From a virus (taxonomy: Duplodnaviria > Caudoviricetes), in the IMG/VR virus record IMGVR_UViG_3300022562_001605, positions 11,278-75,277 of that record: a stretch of 64,000 nucleotides of DNA. One strand, given 5' to 3'. Every line of letters begins with the position of its first letter. Positions within the stretch are counted from its first letter, which is position 1. Under the pieces are notes generated by a model. That model had not been told where the DNA came from and made no database searches. It worked only from the letters and a program-made list of their open reading frames with translations. Shown here piece by piece: positions 18,084 to 27,126 of this stretch. The position numbers and the translations under genes are program-made.

Positions 18084-20375
18084 TTAACTCCTATCTATTA
18101 AATTAATATAATCGAAAAATACCGACCATTTGTTATTATAACCCAAATCATCAACCAATGTCAACATTGGATATTTGGAAAACGCATCATCGTTATAAAA
18201 TGGAGTATCATCGATGTTATCATGACCATACAACTTCCGATATAATGTTTCGATAATATAAGCTATCTTCATGATATCTTCAGAATATTTTTCTTTACCT
18301 TCTATCAGTGGAAGCATAGCCTTTTTAAATTCGGAATTGTTGTCTAATGCTTTAACACCATTAACAAATTCAGGTTTGGTGATTTGTTTTTTAGCATTAA
18401 GTATATTAGATGTATTGAGTTCGCGACGGTGGAAAGATATTTCATCCACGTAACCAGGCAATACTTCCAATGCAAAATCGAAGATATTTTCCCAATTACC
18501 ATTTTTTATCGCCTTTTTATAAGTAGCTACAGGTAAACCATAAATGGTTTTTAAATTATAATCAGTATTATGTTTTTTGTTGTATTCTTTGATTAAAAAT
18601 TCAAGAACTCTGCGCGTTAAATCACCATCACCAATGTTTAATGGGATAAATTCACCGTCTGCATTCACGGTAGCAACGGTAGCACCGAACTTTAATGGGA
18701 AAAATAAACCACCATCTTTGATATTGACTTGCGCTTTATCCCACGAAATTTTATCACTATCATAATAAGAACGGCGTGAAGTACCACTATATTGATAAAA
18801 ATTAAGTTCGCGGACTGTGCCTGTTTCGCGGATAATTTCATCTGTAATTTCTGAAATTAAATGAATATCAGGATTTCCTAATTCTTCACGAAGACGAGAT
18901 AGTTCCTTTTTAAAACCCATATATTTTACTGGTTTATCACCATTAAATTCTTCACGTGGGTTAGCATATTGTGAAACTACAATCGCATCAGAATATTCAT
19001 TATTATTTAAATATTCACGCAGGCGACCTAGACCGCCATTCTTTACATCATTAATAACCCAAAGTGTGGTGGCACTTGGTGAAAATTCATTACCAACACC
19101 ATACTTTTTCAATCTTTTACTTTTTGTATAGTAACCATTGAGTGTATACTTAGTAAGGTCATATCCGCGCAATGGCGAGAGTTTAACATGTCCGTCATTT
19201 TTAATATAACGCTTAAGTATTTTATTTTTAATTTTTTCAGGATTGATTAACTTTCGAATTGCATTTTCGCGCTCGAAAAGCTCACGGGATAATTGCGACA
19301 ATTCTATACAAGCGTACCAATACTTATTATTGATTGCGCCGAGTTTCTTTTCGACTTCACCTGCAAATTCATCACGAATTTGTTTAGAACGTTTAACTAA
19401 TGCGGCAAGTGAACCTTTATCATAACGAATTTCTTCACGGTTTGCCGAAACGTCAAGTTCACCGATGTTAAAAAATGCTACAACATGTGAATGTTCTAGA
19501 AAATGTTTTAAATCGGCATCTTCTATATTATCACGCAACTGTTGTCCATCGACACGATACGCCACATTTCCTTGAACTGCTGTAAAAGACGAATACGAAT
19601 ATCCATTTGTAGATGAAAGCATCCAATCTTTGGTTTCAATTCGATGTTCTGGTAGTTTATCGAATTGAAAATGTAAAGCCCCAGTTACCTTTGGTTTAAT
19701 AGGAAAATATTTAAGTGCTGAAGCGGTTTTTTCCCTGAATTTAGAAAAATCTTCGCGCTTGATGGTAAGTTTAACTTCCAACCCACTGTGTTCATCTGTA
19801 GCTATATCACCCATTAATGCAACCGTAGGAATTCCATCTTCATTTAAAAATATACTGTAAATGTGTTTTTTTCCGCCAAAGCGTGAAACAACTTCAAATG
19901 CATTTGTATAACTAAATGGGCTTTTAGAACCGAGTCCTAGTGCACCAATGAAATCATTAGATTCTGTTTTCGTAGAATCAAAGTAAGTGGTGTATAAACC
20001 GCCAGAACGTACGAAACGCAAATTACCATTATCGTCGATGGCTTGTACTTCTTCATCATTATCATCTTTAACCATGACAGGAATCATAACACCACGAATA
20101 TCTTCGTCTGCCAATCCTGTACCGTAGTCTTTAATAGAAAACCATGGTTCTAAATCGTTTGGAAGGTGAATTTCAAAAGGAGTATTTTTGTTATTTGCTT
20201 TGACGTGCGCATCATATGCATTACAACTAAGTTCACGAACAATCGCCATTATAGGATCAGTATATAATCCACTAGAAAGTATCTTAAAAGACAGTGCGTT
20301 GGTTTTAATGCTGAAATTGGTTTCACCATGAACACCACCACGTTCAATATTTGACTGTTCTGTATGTAATTTCAT
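18084..20375 (-). CDS. rIIA: RIIA-like protein (GHKL ATPase N-terminus)
   Basis: AIVRELSCNAYDAH, IKDYGTGL, GALGLGSKSPFSY, GELD....RE.I.Y. Confidence 0.88.
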   Translation of the reverse strand: MKLHTEQSNIERGGVHGETNFSIKTNALSFKILSSGLYTDPIMAIVRELSCNAYDAHVKANNKNTPFEIHLPNDLEPWFSIKDYGTGLADEDIRGVMIPVMVKDDNDEEVQAIDDNGNLRFVRSGGLYTTYFDSTKTESNDFIGALGLGSKSPFSYTNAFEVVSRFGGKKHIYSIFLNEDGIPTVALMGDIATDEHSGLEVKLTIKREDFSKFREKTASALKYFPIKPKVTGALHFQFDKLPEHRIETKDWMLSSTNGYSYSSFTAVQGNVAYRVDGQQLRDNIEDADLKHFLEHSHVVAFFNIGELDVSANREEIRYDKGSLAALVKRSKQIRDEFAGEVEKKLGAINNKYWYACIELSQLSRELFERENAIRKLINPEKIKNKILKRYIKNDGHVKLSPLRGYDLTKYTLNGYYTKSKRLKKYGVGNEFSPSATTLWVINDVKNGGLGRLREYLNNNEYSDAIVVSQYANPREEFNGDKPVKYMGFKKELSRLREELGNPDIHLISEITDEIIRETGTVRELNFYQYSGTSRRSYYDSDKISWDKAQVNIKDGGLFFPLKFGATVATVNADGEFIPLNIGDGDLTRRVLEFLIKEYNKKHNTDYNLKTIYGLPVATYKKAIKNGNWENIFDFALEVLPGYVDEISFHRRELNTSNILNAKKQITKPEFVNGVKALDNNSEFKKAMLPLIEGKEKYSEDIMKIAYIIETLYRKLYGHDNIDDTPFYNDDAFSKYPMLTLVDDLGYNNKWSVFFDYINLIDRS

Positions 20376-20411
20376 CTTTGTCCTCGTTTGTTGACGTTAA
20401 ACAATAAGGAT

Positions 20412-20440
20412 ATTATATAAAATTAGGTTACAAATGTCAA
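20412..20440 (-). promoter_or_regulatory. consensus sigma70 promoter for rIIA-rIIB
   Basis: TTGACA-17-TATAAT. Confidence 0.8.
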
Positions 20441-20456
20441 GTCTTTTGATTAAATT

Positions 20457-20621
20457 TTACTTTTCGGTATGTTGCTGATTTCTAATATCATTTAAATAAT
20501 CTGCAACGGTTTTTCCACGGTTGACAGTTTCTTCTGCGGCTTTTTGGGCGGCTTCAGCAGCTGCAATGGTAGCTTGTTCATTATCGCGTACGGTACTATC
20601 AATATCTTTTATTAGACTCAT
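20457..20621 (-). CDS. Ala-rich helical protein (54 aa, not in track)
   Basis: MSLIKDIDSTVRDNEQATIAAAEAAQKAAEE...TEK*. Confidence 0.55.
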   Translation of the reverse strand: MSLIKDIDSTVRDNEQATIAAAEAAQKAAEETVNRGKTVADYLNDIRNQQHTEK

Positions 20622-20624
20622 AAA

Positions 20625-20840
20625 TTAATCCATGTAATCTTTTGTGTGTTTTTCTTTACGTTTATATTTTGTTTTATCGTCATGGCTACCAGCACCTGAA
20701 GTTTGGGCAAACTTAGCCACTAGATTGCTTGGGGCATTCAATGTAGGTTTTTTTGCCTTCTTTTTACGTGCACGCTTGGCAGCGCGTACACGCTTTGTTT
20801 TACTTTTAGCCATTTCTATTAAAATTTCAGCGACTTTCAT
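20625..20840 (-). CDS. very basic small protein
   Basis: GGAG RBS; Lys/Arg-rich; C-terminal GAGSH...YKRKEKH. Confidence 0.7.
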   Translation of the reverse strand: MKVAEILIEMAKSKTKRVRAAKRARKKKAKKPTLNAPSNLVAKFAQTSGAGSHDDKTKYKRKEKHTKDYMD

Positions 20841-20865
20841 AGTTGCTCCGATAAAATTATACCTC

Positions 20866-20873
20866 TATTTATA
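20866..20873 (-). promoter_or_regulatory. T4-type late promoter
   Basis: TATAAATA upstream of 20840 start. Confidence 0.6.
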
Positions 20874-20900
20874 AAAAAGGGGGCTAGTGCCCCCTTTTTT
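20873..20900. terminator. intrinsic terminator after hsp20
   Basis: GGGGGC-TAGT-GCCCCC flanked by A6 and T6. Confidence 0.8.
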
Positions 20901-21342
20901 ATTTAAGAAATTTAACTGCTTTATCGTCAGTTAAAATAGGTATTTTTTTAGGTTTCTTTTCTTCTGGTATGACATATTTTAGACGTATATGTAACATACC
21001 GTCCTTCATAGCTGCCCCGACTACTTCCAAATGCTCGTGAAGTGCGAAACTTTTGGTAAATTTGCGAGCTGCAATGCCGCGATGTAGATAAGTAAGGTCA
21101 TCATCCTGCGGCAATTCGCCGGACACTTTTAGCGTGCCAGCTTCTACAGAAATGTCTATATTATCTTCAGTATAGCCAGCGAGTGCCAACGAAAGAACCA
21201 TTTCTTCATCACTAAGTTTTACAAGATTGTGTGGTGGGAAGTTTGTCGGATTAATGCGATTCATGTTATTGAAAAGCCTATCAAATCCGAGGCCGCGTGG
21301 GGTAAAAAAAGTGTCAAAAAGTGTATCAAAATTATCATTCAT
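20899..21342 (-). CDS. small heat-shock protein (Hsp20/IbpA family)
   Basis: NFPPHNLVK, LALAGY, LHRGIAARKF.KSF.L...V.GA.M.DGML; AAGGAG RBS at ATG 21342. Confidence 0.92.
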   Translation of the reverse strand: MNDNFDTLFDTFFTPRGLGFDRLFNNMNRINPTNFPPHNLVKLSDEEMVLSLALAGYTEDNIDISVEAGTLKVSGELPQDDDLTYLHRGIAARKFTKSFALHEHLEVVGAAMKDGMLHIRLKYVIPEEKKPKKIPILTDDKAVKFLK

Positions 21343-21453
21343 GATATTTCTCCTTATTAAGCAAGATTGTTGTGGACCCTTTCGGCATCCAATTGTTTGT
21401 ATCAACCGATACAAATTCTGTTACGGTCTATTAAGCACCGTTTTTGGTATTTA

Positions 21454-21840
21454 TTATTCTGGCTCACCTTGCCACAATAATTCATACCCTAATTCATATG
21501 TATCTGTGCAGAGTTCTTTTAGTCTACTGAATTTTTCATTAAAGACAATATCTGCATGTGAAAGTTCATGTTGATTAAACGATTTCCAATATGTGACAAT
21601 CGCCATGTGATCGCCTGTAGATTCGTGTTCGCCTACAGAACCTTCATCTGATATAAAACCTGCGTATTTAAAAACTTGGCCTGCGATGAATCCACCTTCT
21701 TCGTTACCATAAGTATTTTTAACAGTATTACACATTTCACCAAGGGCAAGCTCGACATCTTCCATCGATACACCATCTTTTAATTTAACAACGTTAAAAA
21801 GCATTACTGTTTCAAATGGAATTTTAATAGGATTAAACAT
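21454..21840 (-). CDS. cellular-type dimeric alpha/beta-barrel protein (probable host-derived gene)
   Basis: MLFNVVKLK, GGFIAGQV, IVTYWKSF..HE.SH pattern typical of ABM-like barrels. Confidence 0.55.
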   Translation of the reverse strand: MFNPIKIPFETVMLFNVVKLKDGVSMEDVELALGEMCNTVKNTYGNEEGGFIAGQVFKYAGFISDEGSVGEHESTGDHMAIVTYWKSFNQHELSHADIVFNEKFSRLKELCTDTYELGYELLWQGEPE

Positions 21841-21853
21841 AGTATCACCCGTT

Positions 21854-22270
21854 TTATAATTTGTTTTTTGTAATCCATCGCACGGCGGCTTTAATAACCG
21901 GTCGATGTAATTCCCTACCAGATTTAGCAAATTCTTCTGGTGACATCCATTCTACCGCACCAGTTTCTTCATCAGGATCGCCGAACATGTCTGGATCTTT
22001 TATTTCCGCCAGATATATTCTTGTTCTTCCGAGAAAATTTCCTAAATCATACTTGTGTAAAATATTTCCACTAAACAAACCTAGTTCTTCGCCTGCTTCG
22101 CGAAATGCGGTTTCTTTATCGGTTTCACCCTGTTCTTGTTTTCCTTTGGCGATCTGAAAATAATCACCGCCGAACTTTGGATTCGACGGTTTCATAAACA
22201 TCATTTTGATTTCGCCATCTGCTACGTAAAAAGGTATTACGCCTGCACGATATATCTTTTGCTTATCCAT
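21854..22270 (-). CDS. Nudix hydrolase
   Basis: KGKQEQGETDKETAFREAGEELG Nudix box. Confidence 0.88.
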   Translation of the reverse strand: MDKQKIYRAGVIPFYVADGEIKMMFMKPSNPKFGGDYFQIAKGKQEQGETDKETAFREAGEELGLFSGNILHKYDLGNFLGRTRIYLAEIKDPDMFGDPDEETGAVEWMSPEEFAKSGRELHRPVIKAAVRWITKNKL

Positions 22271-22321
22271 TGTATTTTACCTATAAACACTAATTTATTG
22301 TATTTATAAGGCATTAAAGGA

Positions 22322-22636
22322 TTAGCTTTCGGATGTTTCGCGCCAGATTTCCATTTTTTTGGTAGCTTTGTTCTTACGAACAAACACTTTACCCTTTTCA
22401 GGATAGCGGTCATGGCGTTTGATTTGACGTAAAACGTTGGTTGAAACACCATGGCTCGTCGCGTATTGTTCAAAATCTACGGGCGTAGTAGGGACTTCAA
22501 GAAAAGCTTTTGCTATTTTATCGCCCTTGCGACCACGCTTTTTTAGAACTCGCGGCGTTTTTGTAGCAGTTTGTGGTTCACCTGATGTTGTACCACCTAC
22601 TCCATTCAAAACATGTGATGTAACATTATCTGACAT
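22322..22636 (-). CDS. putative DNA-binding protein
   Basis: KKRGRKG AT-hook-like motif plus HTH-like segment; GAGG RBS. Confidence 0.55.
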   Translation of the reverse strand: MSDNVTSHVLNGVGGTTSGEPQTATKTPRVLKKRGRKGDKIAKAFLEVPTTPVDFEQYATSHGVSTNVLRQIKRHDRYPEKGKVFVRKNKATKKMEIWRETSES

Positions 22637-22668
22637 ATTAATTTCCTCGTAATGTAGGTTACGATAGC

Positions 22669-22697
22669 AGTATATAACACAAAAACCAAAAAGTCAA
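22669..22697 (-). promoter_or_regulatory. sigma70-type promoter
   Basis: TTGACT-17-TATACT. Confidence 0.7.
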
Positions 22698-22721
22698 TAC
22701 TTTATTGGTTTAAAGAATAAG

Positions 22722-23201
22722 CTATTCGTTCTTAGGTTTAAAATCGATAATTTCGGCATTATTTTTCACAATTTCCGAAGTTAATATATTTGTTTCAGAT
22801 AAGCCTCCGTTTCCAAATCCGAGCTGTCGAAATTTTTTTGCGTTATCTTCCACACCATTCCAAAAAATACTTACCATTTTATTCATTCGTGCCAATGGAT
22901 CTACAATTCCGTTTAGTTCTTGTTCAATGCGCCACTGTTTAGCACGATATCTTTCACGCTTATCTTCGGGTAAACTTTCCATGAATTCTTCTATTAGTGT
23001 TGCAATATATTGTGCAAATTCTTCAGGATCACGTTCATATAAATCTTTCATGTAATCGAAATCATATTTCATATCGATATACCCTCTGTTATCAAGTACC
23101 ATAAGTTGCATTAAAAATCGTGAACGATTAATGCGCCAATTAATTTGTTCAAGTTCATCCTTGAACTTTTCCAAATTGTTTATAACATCTTGCAGTGTCA
23201 A
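22722..23201 (-). CDS. DUF3135-like protein
   Basis: FD.M..L...DPEEF...I...P...R.R..QW.I...L....DP. Confidence 0.5.
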   Translation of the reverse strand: MTLQDVINNLEKFKDELEQINWRINRSRFLMQLMVLDNRGYIDMKYDFDYMKDLYERDPEEFAQYIATLIEEFMESLPEDKRERYRAKQWRIEQELNGIVDPLARMNKMVSIFWNGVEDNAKKFRQLGFGNGGLSETNILTSEIVKNNAEIIDFKPKNE

Positions 23202-23873
23202 TTATTCAACCCCAAATGATCTGAATGCACGGTTTGCTATTTTAGCGTATATGCCTTGGAAGCGATCATATACCCAATTAGCAAGTCGCACGAGTGGATC
23301 ATTTAATATTGTCCAGAACATTGATGTCGGCCACCAAAGTATCCATGTAACTATTTTAGATTTGAAATTCTTTGCTTGTGGAATAACCCATTTTGTTGAT
23401 GTATCGTGATCATCATAACTATAACTAAACTGGCTGCGATATTCTCCACAATAGTCTTCTTTTAAACGTTTGTTAAATTGTTTAATAGCCTCTTTTGGAA
23501 TTTGTGTTTTAACATCTACTGCGAGTTTTTCAACACCTTCGGCTTTATTATAAATGTGTTCAATAAAATAAAGTTTAACTTCTTTGAAAACATCTGCACG
23601 CTTATGAATAAATGAAAACCATTTAATTACTGACCAGCCAGCGCCGATAACATAATAGGCCGTAAGATACATTAATAAATTAAGCGGATGCGCAAATATT
23701 GATATAATATTTGAATATTGCATTAATCCAATAAACGCACCTACAGTTACAAACGCCCAGAAATTCTTTTCATTTTCTGCGAATGCACAAACTAAAGCAA
23801 AGGCAACGATACCCCAAAACCATACTGCCCATATACTAGACACTATAAAAAAAGCTGTAAAAGCTTCCCACAT
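23202..23873 (-). CDS. multi-TM membrane protein
   Basis: several TM segments; ..I..WI.WWP.S..W.L..D motif. Confidence 0.7.
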   Translation of the reverse strand: MWEAFTAFFIVSSIWAVWFWGIVAFALVCAFAENEKNFWAFVTVGAFIGLMQYSNIISIFAHPLNLLMYLTAYYVIGAGWSVIKWFSFIHKRADVFKEVKLYFIEHIYNKAEGVEKLAVDVKTQIPKEAIKQFNKRLKEDYCGEYRSQFSYSYDDHDTSTKWVIPQAKNFKSKIVTWILWWPTSMFWTILNDPLVRLANWVYDRFQGIYAKIANRAFRSFGVE

Positions 23874-23890
23874 ATTACTTTCTCCTGTTA

Positions 23891-24547
23891 TTAACTATAT
23901 GCATTAACACCGACTTTATCATCCCACAGGACGCGAACACGTCTTGCAGAACCTAAAGCTTGTCTTGCATCTTCTAATGCATTATGTGAACCCCTGGTAT
24001 CATATCCCATAGTTTCAAATAGTGCGTCTGAAATATATGCACCTACAGTAGCAAACCCTATTGAATTGGTATCATAGTGTCTACTACCAAATGGTATTTC
24101 AATGCCGTGCCGTCTAAACATTGAACGTAAAAACGGAACATCGAACATGTGCACGTTATGTCCAAGCGTTTTCACTTGTGAAGTTGGTCCCCAATACTTT
24201 ACTATTAAGCTAGCTATTTGCATGACCGCTTCTTCTTCAAAAACACCATTCTTTTCTAAATAATCAAAAGTTAATCCATGAATATTTGCAGCAGCAACAC
24301 CAAACGATGGATCGTTGTCCCGCGCTCGGCGGCTATCATAATTATATTTTATTTCTAAATAAAGTTCTTCGACAGGTTTCAAGGTCATTGCATCTGCTAC
24401 AATAATACCCCACGATACTGCTTGATGTCCATTAGATACATCATCACCATCCCAATCTAATCCTGTTGTTTCACAATCTATCGCTAACAAATATTGAAAA
24501 TAGCCTCTTGGTTTTTCGCGTTTTTCTTCTTGTTGTTCTGGTTTCAT
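23891..24547 (-). CDS. DEDDh 3'-5' exonuclease (DnaQ-like)
   Basis: AIDCETTGL, GHNV.FD..FL, HNALEDA. Confidence 0.88.
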   Translation of the reverse strand: MKPEQQEEKREKPRGYFQYLLAIDCETTGLDWDGDDVSNGHQAVSWGIIVADAMTLKPVEELYLEIKYNYDSRRARDNDPSFGVAAANIHGLTFDYLEKNGVFEEEAVMQIASLIVKYWGPTSQVKTLGHNVHMFDVPFLRSMFRRHGIEIPFGSRHYDTNSIGFATVGAYISDALFETMGYDTRGSHNALEDARQALGSARRVRVLWDDKVGVNAYS

Positions 24548-24551
24548 TATT

Positions 24552-24851
24552 TTACCCTATACTCCAGTTTATTATACCTTTTGACCAGTTCGGCTTTTCT
24601 ACATGAACCCAACATTCAAGTCCATCGTCCCACTTGTACCAAATTTCTTCTTTTGGCATAGCATGAATACCTTGTGGTATTTCTTCTATCACCAACCATT
24701 CATATAGACATTCATGCATATCTGCTAAATTTAGATCAGCCGCCTCACATGCTTTTGGTTTTTCTTCATAATATCCAAAACATCTGGTCGCGCCATGTGG
24801 ATAGTACTTACTATCTGGGTTTGCTTCAAGAATTGCAGTTAAAAAATACAT
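24552..24851 (-). CDS. hypothetical phage protein
   Basis: RCFGYY...D.HE..Y..LVIE....GI. Confidence 0.6.
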   Translation of the reverse strand: MYFLTAILEANPDSKYYPHGATRCFGYYEEKPKACEAADLNLADMHECLYEWLVIEEIPQGIHAMPKEEIWYKWDDGLECWVHVEKPNWSKGIINWSIG

Positions 24852-24872
24852 ATTTTTCCTCTAAACTTCCAA

Positions 24873-25130
24873 CTAGTCATGTTCATCAATATCAGGTGCA
24901 AATTCTATTTGTCCATCAATTAGTATTGGTTTATCACACGCCTTGCGCATAAATTCGAGCGTCCATTTGAGTCCATCTAAAGACATTCCATATGGTGAAA
25001 TAGGTTCTTTGGAAATGAGACATAATTCATCTTCGCTATTGTAATACGCTTCATGCACTTCATAATAGATTCCATTTTCGGTTTCGTCGCGTAAACTTTG
25101 TTTTTGTATTATTCTGTAATCCCAAGACAT
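24873..25130 (-). CDS. hypothetical phage protein
   Basis: MSWDYRII...YEVHEAYY. Confidence 0.6.
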   Translation of the reverse strand: MSWDYRIIQKQSLRDETENGIYYEVHEAYYNSEDELCLISKEPISPYGMSLDGLKWTLEFMRKACDKPILIDGQIEFAPDIDEHD

Positions 25131-25330
25131 TAAATAATCCTACATTTGCGTATTTTGCACCAAAATATTAGAAATAATTTTCGTAATTCTAAAACTTTGT
25201 TACGGGCTTCTTCTTTTTTTATCCCTTCGGGATACCTATGAAACGATTTCAATTCACCATAAGTAAACAACGTTTCTAGTTTAAGGAATTCCTTTTTATC
25301 TTCCAAATAAACAACATCGTACCACATCAA
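25130..25330 (-). CDS. hypothetical protein
   Basis: TAATG coupling. Confidence 0.4.
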   Translation of the reverse strand: MMWYDVVYLEDKKEFLKLETLFTYGELKSFHRYPEGIKKEEARNKVLELRKLFLIFWCKIRKCRII

Positions 25331-25383
25331 GCCATCACATTTTTCTTTTTCTTCTTCGGAGCCACATAATGGTTTTGTGTGAC

Positions 25384-25418
25384 AAAAAAATTCCTAGTTA
25401 TATCCATAACTAGGAATT
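25384..25418 (-). terminator. intrinsic terminator after erpA
   Basis: stem TTCCTAGTTAT/ATAACTAGGAA with 4-nt loop, T-run on minus strand. Confidence 0.8.
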
Positions 25419-25444
25419 CTATAACACAATCTTAAGGATGTCAA
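25416..25444 (-). promoter_or_regulatory. sigma70-type promoter
   Basis: TTGACA-17-TAGAAT. Confidence 0.7.
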
Positions 25445-25447
25445 GGA

Positions 25448-25807
25448 TTAAACGGCGAAACTATTACCACAACCACATGTCGTTGATGCGTTCGGATTGC
25501 TAACAGTAAAATATTGACTAAAGGCTTCTTTTTTAAAATCTAGTACTGCACCATTAAGGTACATAATACTCATTGGATCTATTGCGAATTTGATATCGTT
25601 TTTTTCGATAACTATATCATCATCATTTATATTAGTTATAAATTCAAAGCCATAATTAAACCCGCTGCAACCACCACCTTGTACGTAAATACGCAATCCG
25701 ATAGCGAGGGCTTCTGCGTCTGGTTCTTCGTTTTCGTTAATCAATTCTTTAACACGTAATGCGGCTGCATCCGTAACAACAAATTGTTCGGTAACAATAT
25801 CTTCCAT
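25448..25807 (-). CDS. erpA: A-type iron-sulfur cluster carrier
   Basis: LRIYVQGGGCSGFNY, IDPMS..YL.G..LD, NPNASTTCGCGNSF. Confidence 0.9.
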   Translation of the reverse strand: MEDIVTEQFVVTDAAALRVKELINENEEPDAEALAIGLRIYVQGGGCSGFNYGFEFITNINDDDIVIEKNDIKFAIDPMSIMYLNGAVLDFKKEAFSQYFTVSNPNASTTCGCGNSFAV

Positions 25808-25831
25808 AGTATTCTCCTTATTAGAAAAAAA

Positions 25832-26107
25832 TTAAGATAATAAAATTATTTCTTTTTCTGCTTCAGAAATATCTGCAATTTTTTGATATTCCTTTTCGCG
25901 GTCATCCGTCCATTCACCCAATTGTTGCAAGATGTTTCTTTCTAGTGCATGATTTCCACGACGACCGTGCATAAAAGCAAGTTCACGCTTTTGAATAATA
26001 ACCTGCTCACAGGCTTCCAAATGCGTGATACCATAAATTTCTTGTAAACTTTCTATAATTTCTTCTTCTGGTGGAGAAAAATATACTTCTTTTACAGGTA
26101 TTTTCAT
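25832..26107 (-). CDS. hypothetical protein
   Basis: ORF in operon. Confidence 0.5.
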   Translation of the reverse strand: MKIPVKEVYFSPPEEEIIESLQEIYGITHLEACEQVIIQKRELAFMHGRRGNHALERNILQQLGEWTDDREKEYQKIADISEAEKEIILLS

Positions 26108-26124
26108 GCCCGTATTTATAAAGC

Positions 26125-26310
26125 TTATTTTACGTAAGAAACCCAATTGTTTCTAAATTGGCCACCACCGGTTTTGCAGCGTGCAGTAATTGTCTTTTCA
26201 GAGCCTGGAGTTCCAAGGCCGTTCAATGCTTTACTTGCAGCTCGTGCTGAAGAAAAAACGCGTACCTTGCCAGATTTGAGATTTTTAGATTTAACTTGTT
26301 TGGTTGTCAT
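26125..26310 (-). CDS. stand-alone NUMOD1-like DNA-binding protein
   Basis: VRVFSSARAASKALNG...I...CK. Confidence 0.5.
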   Translation of the reverse strand: MTTKQVKSKNLKSGKVRVFSSARAASKALNGLGTPGSEKTITARCKTGGGQFRNNWVSYVK

Positions 26311-26881
26311 TGTTATTTTCCTTTATATGTTTTATAATTATATCTACCCGTTCAGATAGTTCATCTGTTTCTATTATTGAAACTCTGTCACTATATACCA
26401 TTTGTTTGGTAATGTCAAGCATCGTATGATCTATTAACCTACTGTAATGTCTATTAATACTTCTAACACCGTCGCGTTCAACATCTGATACCAAAAGCGG
26501 TTTTATGTAAAAAACATGCTCGTAGGCATGACAATAATTCTTACAAGTTTCAAAATAGTTATCTAACCATTCATCAAATTTATTATATTGACCAAAGGCG
26601 ATTAAGGCATATGTAAATAAATCTGAAAAAGTTCTTTCAGTAAAATATATTTCGGAACTTAGGGTAGCTTCAATTTCATCGGCGTATTTTCTACGAACTA
26701 ATTCGTCTTGAAAGGCCAGTTTTAGGTCAAAATCTGCATTAACGACATCGAGAGTAACACCCCATTCGTCCAAGATTGACCGTGCGGTTTTTCTTTCAAT
26801 TACAGGATAACCTAATTTCTTAACTTCATTTAAGATAGTAGATTTTCCCGAACCTTGTGAACCTGCTATTGCTATTAACAT
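26291..26881 (-). CDS. P-loop nucleotide kinase/ATPase (AAA_28, NadR/thymidylate kinase-like)
   Basis: IAIAGSQGSGKST, FTERTFSD, DGVR; start moved to MLIAIAG. Confidence 0.8.
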   Translation of the reverse strand: MLIAIAGSQGSGKSTILNEVKKLGYPVIERKTARSILDEWGVTLDVVNADFDLKLAFQDELVRRKYADEIEATLSSEIYFTERTFSDLFTYALIAFGQYNKFDEWLDNYFETCKNYCHAYEHVFYIKPLLVSDVERDGVRSINRHYSRLIDHTMLDITKQMVYSDRVSIIETDELSERVDIIIKHIKENNNDNQTS

Positions 26882-26901
26882 ATTTTTCTTCTTATTATTA
26901 A

Positions 26902-27121
26902 TGGACGTTGATGAAAAGATCAACAAAAGGAAACGGTAACAAAAGGTATACAATCAACACAGATGAAACGGCGGCTCTAATTTTGGGGGACATTCAAAAC
27001 AAGGAACATATCTCCATAAAAGTTTGACCCATAACAATGCCATTATCAACTTAGGTTAACTATCATAGACCGAAGTCTATTGATAGCTGTTTCTTTTCAT
27101 ATCACCAATCAACAACGTCCA
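26902..27121 (-). ncRNA. candidate structured non-coding RNA
   Basis: nested long-range helices (26902-10/27113-21; 26911-19/27092-100) and a C(UUCG)G hairpin at 27060-27086 within a 245-nt gap. Confidence 0.5.
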
Positions 27122-27126
27122 AATCA

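Noticed and set aside
26882-26953. 24-residue N-terminal extension of the kinase (track start 26953)
   Set aside because: The Walker A strand begins immediately at MLIAIAG and the extension overlaps the predicted RNA helix, so the start was moved to 26881
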